Source: Alphaproteobacteria bacterium
GTDB lineage: Bacteria; Pseudomonadota; Alphaproteobacteria; JAUHZC01
Reading direction: 5' to 3'
Assembly: GCA_030425805.1 (NCBI GenBank)
Contig: JAUHZC010000002.1
Span: 20,448-84,447, forward strand
Length of the DNA stretch: 64,000 bases
Shown: positions 57,200-64,000 of the stretch, piece by piece
Position numbering within the stretch: the first letter of the stretch is position 1
Layout of the letters: each line of letters begins with the position of its first letter
Notes under the pieces: model-generated
The model's input: only the letters and a program-made list of their open reading frames with translations
Told to the model about the DNA's origin: nothing
The model's database searches: none
Position numbers and translations under genes: made by a program

Positions 57200-57700
57200 A
57201 CAATTGTGAGCCCTGAAAGGGCGTGGTGATCCATAAGATACTTGGATTCCGGGTCGGGGCCCGGAATGACGACGCAGTCTTATGAAGGTCACTCTGGACC
57301 CTCACACTAAAGTCACCCCGGACTTGATCCGGGGTCCATGGATTGCAGCAATGCTGGGCTCCTCGCAATTGTGACTTTCTGAATGGGAAGAGAGATCGAA
57401 ATTCCAGCGAAGGCTGGAATCCAGGACTCTTTTCTCCTCTGCGAAGGCAGGGACTTTTTTTCCTGGACCCCGGATCAAGTCCTGGGGTTTCGAGGGGAGG
57501 TCCTGGGGGTTTTGGGGAGAATGCTGGGGTTTTGTCTTTCTTCGTCACATATTTCAGACTTACAATCGCGAAGTCCGGAGGCCTGTGGCGATCCATAAGA
57601 TGCTTGGATTTCGGGTCAAGCCCGGAATCACCTCTTTAGTGCCCGGAATGGCCACTTTTGCTATATGGAGAATCGAAATTTCGGAATCAAATGAAGATCC
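57200..57700. repeat. Largest mosaic palindromic repeat cluster (modules A, B, C, F, D, E-variant, inverted C with G-rich repeats, A', B')
   Basis: Region 57241-57340 is about 95% identical to 11745-11845. Contains attccagcgaaggctggaat, gaccccggatcaagtcctggggtttcgagggg, and a second ...cgcgaag..ggcgatccataagatgcttggatttcgggtcaagcccggaat copy. Confidence 0.85.
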
Positions 57701-57818
57701 CTGGGGAATGACACTTTGGTTTGATCCTCTGGAAGAGATGATGTAAAGAATATCTGAAGAAGGAGTGACTTTTCCTCCCCCTTCAGATCGCGTATAGTAG
57801 CTTTTTTTTAGTTAAGGA

Positions 57819-58778
57819 ATGACAGTGGAAATTCTCACACAGCCTGCAATTCTTTTCTTTATTCTTGGATTTGTTACAAAAATCCTAGGTTCAGAAATTC
57901 ATGTACCTGGATTAGACCGGCTACTTTCCCTCCACCTTCTCCTTACCATTGGCTTGAAGGCTGGTCTCGCCCTTGCTTGTTGCGAGTCTCTTTCCGGTGT
58001 TCTCATCGCCCTTGGCCTTGGGATACTCTGCAGCTTCAGTTTTCCTTTTCTTTCTTTTAGGGCCTTGGGAACCTTCACAAAACTCCCTGGTCCCAAGCGG
58101 GCAGTGCTTGCCAGCCATTATGGCTCTATCAGTATTGTGACCTTTGTCACTTGCCAACAATTCTTAGCACGAGAGAGCATTCCCTTTGATGCTTCCCTCT
58201 TAGTTGTAGCCGGCGTGATGGAGGCTCCAGCGATCCTCTCAGGCCTGATCCTTTTCCGTAGCACCCAAGGAAAGGATTCAACCCTTCACGCAGATCAGAT
58301 TCCATGGCGGGAAATTTTCTTTCATAGCAGTATCACCCTCATTTTAGGAGGTCTGGCGATTGCCTTCTTCCTCACTGAGAGTGCTAAGGCAGATCTTGTT
58401 CCTTTCTTCCAAGGAGCTTTTCCAGGAGTTCTCAGTATTTATATGCTTCTCATGGGGATGAAGGTTGCAAGCTACTTCTTACAAATCGAGATGAAAAAGC
58501 TCCTCCCCTTGCTCGTTTTTGGTATTGCAACACCCTTGGTCCAAGGCAGTATTGGTGTAACCCTGGGCACCTTCTGTGGCCTTGGTGTTGGAGGAGCTGT
58601 TCTCTTTGGAACTCTTTGCGCCAGCGCTTCCTACATCGCTGTTCCTGCAGCCTTTTCCATGATTGCAGGGGATAAAGAAGTAGCCTACGCCATGAAAGGC
58701 TCCCTTGGGGTAACCTTCCCCTTTAATGTTCTTTTCGGAATTAGCCTCTACCTTTGGCTAGCCCAGGCTCTTCACTAA
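57819..58778 (+). CDS. SbtA-like (DUF897) sodium-dependent bicarbonate transporter-family permease
   Basis: About 10 TM helices. The N-terminus ILTQPAILFFILGFVTKILGSEIHVPG and the overall internal two-fold architecture resemble the SbtA/DUF897 family. Assignment is from memory, not from a search. Confidence 0.45.
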   Translation: MTVEILTQPAILFFILGFVTKILGSEIHVPGLDRLLSLHLLLTIGLKAGLALACCESLSGVLIALGLGILCSFSFPFLSFRALGTFTKLPGPKRAVLASHYGSISIVTFVTCQQFLARESIPFDASLLVVAGVMEAPAILSGLILFRSTQGKDSTLHADQIPWREIFFHSSITLILGGLAIAFFLTESAKADLVPFFQGAFPGVLSIYMLLMGMKVASYFLQIEMKKLLPLLVFGIATPLVQGSIGVTLGTFCGLGVGGAVLFGTLCASASYIAVPAAFSMIAGDKEVAYAMKGSLGVTFPFNVLFGISLYLWLAQALH

Positions 58779-58825
58779 AAATACAGGTTGAAGGAGAGCG
58801 TGGTCTCGTGTAAAAAGAATCCATC

Positions 58826-58900
<75 letters not shown>

Positions 58901-58914
58901 TTTTCCCTATACTT

Positions 58915-58988
58915 TCTCTATCGTCATCGCGAGCCCTCTCCATTCTCTATCGTCATCGTGAGCCCGAAGGGCGTGGCGATCCACATTT
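58915..58988. repeat. Repeat module A (1.5 copies) immediately 3' of tRNA-Val
   Basis: tctatcgtcatcgcgagccctctccattctctatcgtcatcgtgagcccgaagggcgtggcgatccaca. Confidence 0.8.
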
Positions 58989-59052
58989 TACCATAACTAA
59001 CCCAAGGAAAATGGCGGAGAGAAAGATTGTGCCCTTTCAAAATTTTTGAAAA

Positions 59053-59141
59053 TGGCGGAGAGAGAGGGATTCGAACCCTCGGTACGCAGAGCGCACAACG
59101 GTTTTCGAGACCGCCCCGTTCGACCACTCCGGCATCTCTCC
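59053..59141 (-). tRNA. tRNA-Ser (anticodon CGA), type II
   Basis: Reverse complement GGAGAGATGCCGGAGTGGTCGAACGGGGCGGTCTCGAAAACCGTTGTGCGCTCTGCGTACCGAGGGTTCGAATCCCTCTCTCTCCGCCA. Long variable arm and anticodon loop CTCGAAA. Confidence 0.85.
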
Positions 59142-59205
59142 AATCTCTTTTCTTAAACGTTTCCCCCCCAAATTTCAATCCTTCAAGCACATAGTTTCCA
59201 TATTC

Positions 59206-59922
59206 TTATGGTTCATTCCCACCTTCAGAACCTGGATCTTCATAGCCACCCCCCAAGGCGACATCTATGACCTCAAGAAGACTTGGTTTAGATTGGGGAT
59301 AGAGGGTAGCCTTATGCACGCCACTCCTGATGGCCCCTGCCATGATGATAATATTTGGAAGTTCTGAGCAGGTGATTCTATACCCACCCTCAACTAGAAA
59401 TACTTCACAGCTTATATCTCTCCTCGTGTCATCTAAAACAGTAAGATAAGCAGTAGGAGGATGAACAGCTCCCGGAATTGTCTCGCTTTCTAAGATGCTT
59501 AAGGTAAGACCAAAAACATTATAAGGATCTAACTTTTCTGTACACCAAGCTTTGCACCACCTCTCCTTTTGGGTGTAGGATCCATATAAAATTTCAAACA
59601 TAGGGATGTGGTCACGCCGCCAGGCTTCTCTAAAACGGGACTCACTAAAGGATACTCTCCCAGCGGCAGAACGTGAAAAACCAATTGCTTCAAAATGAGA
59701 CCATTGTTGCATCACAGTCTCTTCAATAGCGCTTGGGAAATGTTTTGCACCGCAAGCACTTAGGGTCCGCCTCCACTTTGCACAAGCTGCGTTGTATGGC
59801 CCACAAAACTCTTGGCAGGAAACGACCAATCCCTGACATCTTTCCTCAAGGGGGCCAGGCTCTGCAGCTCCCCAGGCTGAAGAGTGATAGCAAAAGAAAA
59901 GAATCAAAAAGATCTGTAACAT
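59206..59922 (-). CDS. Secreted Cys-rich hypothetical protein
   Basis: Leader MLQIFLILFFCYHSSAWGA. Mature part has 12 or more Cys (CQGLVVSCQEFCGPYNAACAKW...). Confidence 0.45.
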   Translation of the reverse strand: MLQIFLILFFCYHSSAWGAAEPGPLEERCQGLVVSCQEFCGPYNAACAKWRRTLSACGAKHFPSAIEETVMQQWSHFEAIGFSRSAAGRVSFSESRFREAWRRDHIPMFEILYGSYTQKERWCKAWCTEKLDPYNVFGLTLSILESETIPGAVHPPTAYLTVLDDTRRDISCEVFLVEGGYRITCSELPNIIIMAGAIRSGVHKATLYPQSKPSLLEVIDVALGGGYEDPGSEGGNEP

Positions 59923-59942
59923 TTGTTTTCTAGCCTTTTTTT

Positions 59943-60779
59943 TTAGTCTGACATTGATTCAAGTGGGATGCTGTACTTCTCACGCAAAGCCTCTAGTTCG
60001 CTTGCAAGGGTAGGAAATAAAATCCCCGTGTAGGGGGTTAAAATCACTTTCCGCCCAGAGTTACTCGGGGAAGTCGCTGGAAAAAGATCAGCTTTTGTTC
60101 CTAAAAACAAAACGTCCAAGCACATGAGATCTGTGGGGGTTGCATCCTCTGGAAAATCATGTTGAAAACACATTCCAGCCTCAGAGACAACACATTCAGC
60201 CTCAACTTGTTTTTCACTTCCATCAGTATCTGTATATGTAAAGCTTGAGGAAAGAAGGCCTCCCTCACAAACAGCATATTGAAAGATGATTTCTTCTTTT
60301 CTGGAAAACAGAGCATCACACGCTCTTTGGCGAACAATAAAATGAGGTTTATCAGCAAGATAACCACCATGAGTATATGCCAATAAATCCCAGCATCTTT
60401 GCAAAATATTTTGAGTTAGCGCTGCTGAATCAAAGACAAATCGGCCGTCCGACTCAGTAATACCAAAAAGCTCAAATCCATCAAAAGCCTGTAACCGAGA
60501 AGCTTTGTCTTGGTCTTCTGCTGAAAAAGCATCTGAATTTTTAGCCTGAAAAGCTTGGATTGCATTTAGGGCCAAGCAAACCCCTGCAACAGTCCTATGC
60601 ATATCCTCAGATGTTGGAGAAGGAGAGCGTGGATCCTCAGTCCCAAGACTATGATTTGAGAGTGCTTCTGTGAGCCTTTGGGCTGGTGTTAGATCAGGCG
60701 AGGCGCCTGATGGAATTCCTACTGCTGCAGCCCAAATCTTAGAACAGCAAATAAAAACCATGAAGACATAAACCTTCAT
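59943..60779 (-). CDS. Secreted hypothetical protein
   Basis: Leader MKVYVFMVFICCSKIWAAA. 278 aa, Cys-containing, with no recognisable domain. Confidence 0.45.
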   Translation of the reverse strand: MKVYVFMVFICCSKIWAAAVGIPSGASPDLTPAQRLTEALSNHSLGTEDPRSPSPTSEDMHRTVAGVCLALNAIQAFQAKNSDAFSAEDQDKASRLQAFDGFELFGITESDGRFVFDSAALTQNILQRCWDLLAYTHGGYLADKPHFIVRQRACDALFSRKEEIIFQYAVCEGGLLSSSFTYTDTDGSEKQVEAECVVSEAGMCFQHDFPEDATPTDLMCLDVLFLGTKADLFPATSPSNSGRKVILTPYTGILFPTLASELEALREKYSIPLESMSD

Positions 60780-60872
60780 CTCGCCTATCTCCCTGAATTT
60801 TTTATCATATTTCTATCTATAGGCTAGCAGCTGAAAATTTTATTGCAAAGTCATTTTATGGAAAACATTAAA

Positions 60873-62465
60873 TCAAGCATTTGCATCTATGGTAAAGAAG
60901 GATTTGATTTTAGATAGAATGCCAGAAGCCTCTTTCTTAACTTCTTTTGTTGCTTTCTCTACGCTGATTTTCAATTTTTTGTTTGCCATTTTTCGCTCAG
61001 CAACAACCTCAGCAAGCTTTTGCATGAGTGCGGGAGACTTTTGGAAAAGAGGCACCAGCGTTTCTTTGCGGATCTCAAAAACCCGAAGACTTGTCATCGC
61101 TCTTACTGTTGCAGAGCGTTTTTCTCCGGTCAGAAGGGCCATATCTCCAAAGAACGCACCTGAAGTAAGAATTGCAACTCTTTGGGGCTGCTGACCTTTC
61201 TTTAGAGCCACCATCACCTCGACAGCTCCCTCCTCAATGATAAACATTGAATCTCCGTCTTTGCCTTGCAGGACAATGTCCATGCCAGCCTTGAGTTTAT
61301 GCTCTCTCAAACCATCAATAAGGATTTTCTTTTCATCTGGTTTGAGACTTGCAAAAAGATCAATGCTATCAACAGCATGCTTAGCATCTCTTTCTGGCAT
61401 GGCTGCATAAGGACCTGGATGGCCCTTGGAAAGCATGTACTCCCCGATACTCTCAGAAACCTTCATGCCATACTTATCCAGCTCGTGCAGGATGCTGGAT
61501 TGAACCTTATGGCGAAGAATTCCCCGGGATCCCAAGTCAGGACAATCGTAGAAAATCATAAAGTCCACACCACCTGTCGTTGTTTCCCAAGCAAAAACCT
61601 GAGCGCTTCCAGAATCTTTCACTTCAGGCACTTTATAAAGTGCAGACTCAAGAACACGCTTTGCACGATCCACAGGAACAATGTAATCAAGGCTGATTTT
61701 TATTTGCTCTTTATAGGTTTTTCCAGGACGTGAGTAGTTAACCAGCGTATTCGTAGAGAATTTTGAATTTGGGATGAAGATCATATTCCCTAACGGTGCC
61801 TCTTTCAGGACCGTCGAACGCCAGCCCATATCAATCACTTGCCCTTCATACCCATCAATTTTAATCCAGTCTCCGACTTGAATGGGGCGCTCAATATCAA
61901 TCACCCCTCCAGAAAATGTGTCTAAAATGGGGGATTGGAGAGCAAGAGCTACACCCGCACCCAAAAAGCTGAGTCCTGCAAAAACGGCTCCAATTTCACG
62001 ATCTAGAATGACAGTTGTGACAAAAGCAATCACGATAAAGGTAATCGCCACACTTGCAATGTTGATGAGAATCCGAGGCGCTGGCCGGCCATGAACTTCC
62101 TCATAGGGGCGCCAAATGTAGATTTTCATCAAAGCGAGACCATAATAAATCAAATACCCAGACAAAAAGAGATTCAGAAGAACACCCAGGTATTTTACAC
62201 CTCCACCAATACTGGAGGAAAACCCCTCAATCAAAAGGATTGTGAAAATGATGATTCCCAGCACGATGAAGCGCTGAGCCATCGTAGTTGCTTGGTTAAA
62301 ACGCTTATTTAGCTCTTTTGTTGCTTTTTTAGCGCTTTTAACAGTCCAATCTGTTGCTGGCTTGGTTTCTTTTTGAAGTTGGGCAAGCCTCTTCTTGACC
62401 CACTTGCGTGCCGGTTCAAGGGCCTTATTAATTTTTTTGACGTCAAAGCGAGGCTTTTGGGGCAT
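60873..62465 (-). CDS. MscS-family mechanosensitive channel fused to C-terminal cyclic-nucleotide-binding (cNMP) domain
   Basis: TM region. MscS core GGVIDIERPIQVGDWIKIDGYEGQVIDMGWRSTVLK. C-terminal cNMP-binding fold GMDIVLQGKDGDSMFIIEEGAVEV...FFGDMALLTGEKRSATVRA. Confidence 0.7.
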   Translation of the reverse strand: MPQKPRFDVKKINKALEPARKWVKKRLAQLQKETKPATDWTVKSAKKATKELNKRFNQATTMAQRFIVLGIIIFTILLIEGFSSSIGGGVKYLGVLLNLFLSGYLIYYGLALMKIYIWRPYEEVHGRPAPRILINIASVAITFIVIAFVTTVILDREIGAVFAGLSFLGAGVALALQSPILDTFSGGVIDIERPIQVGDWIKIDGYEGQVIDMGWRSTVLKEAPLGNMIFIPNSKFSTNTLVNYSRPGKTYKEQIKISLDYIVPVDRAKRVLESALYKVPEVKDSGSAQVFAWETTTGGVDFMIFYDCPDLGSRGILRHKVQSSILHELDKYGMKVSESIGEYMLSKGHPGPYAAMPERDAKHAVDSIDLFASLKPDEKKILIDGLREHKLKAGMDIVLQGKDGDSMFIIEEGAVEVMVALKKGQQPQRVAILTSGAFFGDMALLTGEKRSATVRAMTSLRVFEIRKETLVPLFQKSPALMQKLAEVVAERKMANKKLKISVEKATKEVKKEASGILSKIKSFFTIDANA

Positions 62466-62523
62466 ATATCGAAACCTAAAACTACAGTTTTATTGTCCGA
62501 TAAATTCATTAAAAATTGGTAAT

Positions 62524-63048
62524 TTATGCAGTAGAAATGTTTAAATTTTCCAATAAATCGAGGACATTTTGCAATATATAGCTTGCAGCGAGTTTATCTT
62601 TGTTTTCTTTGCGTTTTTCACGACTTAAATCTTCACTCAACATGGCCTTATCTACAGCCTGTGTTGAAAGGCGTTCATCCATCATAAAAACGGGTAAATC
62701 AACCTTTGATGCCAGGAGATGAGCCTTGTCAAGGGTACCTTGGGCTTTCGGCCCCCAAGATCCATCCAGATTCAGAGGATACCCTACCACAACTCCAACA
62801 GCTTCTTGCTGTTCAAGAAGCGTCAAAAGCTCCGGCAAAAGCTTCCCAAAACTCGGGGCCTTGAGTTGCACAAGAGGGGTCGCAACTGTACGGCTAAGGT
62901 CACTAATTGCAATGCCCGTAGTCCGACTTCCAATATCAAGCCCCAAAAGAGCTCCACGCTTAGGAAGTTCAGCAGCATACGCAGCCAAGGTCTCTTGGTA
63001 ATAAAGGGGGGATTCGCCCCGCTTGTAGGTTTGAGGCCCCTCCCCCAT
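62524..63048 (-). CDS. ruvX: Holliday-junction resolvase-like YqgF/RuvX
   Basis: ALLGLDIGSRTTGIAISD...GYPLNLDGS...DERLST are RuvX/YqgF RNase H-fold motifs. The N-terminal start is uncertain. Confidence 0.75.
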   Translation of the reverse strand: MGEGPQTYKRGESPLYYQETLAAYAAELPKRGALLGLDIGSRTTGIAISDLSRTVATPLVQLKAPSFGKLLPELLTLLEQQEAVGVVVGYPLNLDGSWGPKAQGTLDKAHLLASKVDLPVFMMDERLSTQAVDKAMLSEDLSREKRKENKDKLAASYILQNVLDLLENLNISTA

Positions 63049-63986
63049 TAAACTTCCTCGCTTTCGTAGGACTCCCGAATGACAAAAGTCAACCCAAGAG
63101 AAACCAAAGCAACAATGGGAAGAGCTGCCATTGCATTCTGGTAGTCAGACAGGGAGTAGACAGGCTGACCAAAGGAGTCTGTCGCCCCAGACCAGAAAAA
63201 GTCAATGATGTACCCCAGAAGTGGTTGGAAGATGACCCCTGAAATCATGCAAAGCATGTTGTGGAACCCACTTGCTGTCGCTCCAGCAGATTTCTGGTTC
63301 ACAGACAGAACAGTGACAAAAGCAATCAATTGCCCAGCAGCAACAAGCCCCGCAAAGAAAAGAACAACATATGTCATCCAGAAAGGCATCTTGATAAAGA
63401 TGATCGGCAAGAAGATCAAGCCTGTGAAAATGGCTGAAACCTTCATCACAAGGCGGTGAGATCTAAAAAGGTCTGCCAGAAAAGCATTAAATGGAGCCCC
63501 ACATCCAAGACCAACGTAAAATGTCATGACAGCACCATTGGCGATTGTTTTTTCAACACCATAAAACTTCATCATGAACTGGGTTCCCCACATATCAGCA
63601 AACCCTGAGAGAGGAACGTACATCAAAGATCCATAGAGTCCGATAAACCATGTTTGGGGATTTTTCACGATCAGTTTAATCGCCCCCATAACAGAGGTTT
63701 CCTCTTCATCCTCAGCTTCATGATGAACAGCACGGTTTTTTCCACTGTCTTTCACAATGAAGAAAATAACCCCTGAAATCACAAGACCAAAGACAGCCAA
63801 GTATTGAACAAGCTCTTGCCAGGTATGGGTTTCTTTAAGATGGGTGAGTAAGCTGCCACCCCCAGCTCCCCCAGCGGTCCCTAAGGCAATGGTTAGCCCC
63901 ATAAAGACCGTGAGGTAACGTACAGGGAAACGAGTTTGGAGAATCTTTACAGCCGACAAAAACCCGAATGCTGATCCTATGCCCAT
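63048..63986 (-). CDS. MFS transporter, C-terminal portion; the N-terminus probably lies beyond the window end
   Basis: Six predicted TM helices and an MFS C-domain pattern. The listed Met at 63986 is likely internal, because an MFS protein needs about 12 TM segments. Confidence 0.55.
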   Translation of the reverse strand: MGIGSAFGFLSAVKILQTRFPVRYLTVFMGLTIALGTAGGAGGGSLLTHLKETHTWQELVQYLAVFGLVISGVIFFIVKDSGKNRAVHHEAEDEEETSVMGAIKLIVKNPQTWFIGLYGSLMYVPLSGFADMWGTQFMMKFYGVEKTIANGAVMTFYVGLGCGAPFNAFLADLFRSHRLVMKVSAIFTGLIFLPIIFIKMPFWMTYVVLFFAGLVAAGQLIAFVTVLSVNQKSAGATASGFHNMLCMISGVIFQPLLGYIIDFFWSGATDSFGQPVYSLSDYQNAMAALPIVALVSLGLTFVIRESYESEEV

Positions 63987-64000
63987 AAAGCAGCGCCCAA

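Noticed and set aside
57198-57639. ORFs 57198-57596, 57343-57639 and 57383-57598
   Set aside because: Same reason: they sit inside the 57200-57700 repeat cluster and their translations mirror those of the 17.8-kb repeat locus.

Overview
This 64-kb window looks like chromosomal DNA from an alphaproteobacterium, probably host-associated or intracellular. Three lines of evidence support that. First, the gene order is alphaproteobacterial: pth–ychF, yebC–ruvC–ruvA, recF–gyrB–PBP, secG–pyrG–kdsA and acpP–fabF–mltG. Second, a ChpT-type phosphotransferase and an icd gene with a Rickettsiales-like C-terminal extension are present. Third, a family of RPE/REP-like palindromic repeats is scattered through the window. 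Coding density is high and both strands are used. Three tRNA genes are visible: Leu-CAG, Val-GAC and Ser-CGA. I found no rRNA, CRISPR array, transposase or integrase.

The conserved housekeeping blocks are interrupted by many lineage-specific ORFs. Most of these encode proteins with an N-terminal signal peptide followed by low-complexity Ala/Gly/Glu/Arg/Gln-rich or coiled-coil sequence. Several carry near-perfect intragenic tandem DNA repeats, and one has a G9 homopolymer. A subset shares a recurring '...WGA' motif at the end of the leader peptide.

The features most worth follow-up are:
- the mosaic hairpin-repeat family, with at least 7 intergenic loci in this window;
- a 700-aa secreted Gln/Ala-rich multi-repeat protein apparently co-transcribed with an orphan receiver-domain protein;
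- an outer-membrane barrel gene coupled to a secreted coiled-coil protein;
- secreted proteins carrying recognisable enzymatic motifs (S1-protease-like, GNAT-like, HIT);
- clpP and clpX split apart by an 8-kb block of orphan secreted-protein genes.

All functional calls rest on protein-motif recognition by eye. No database search was run.
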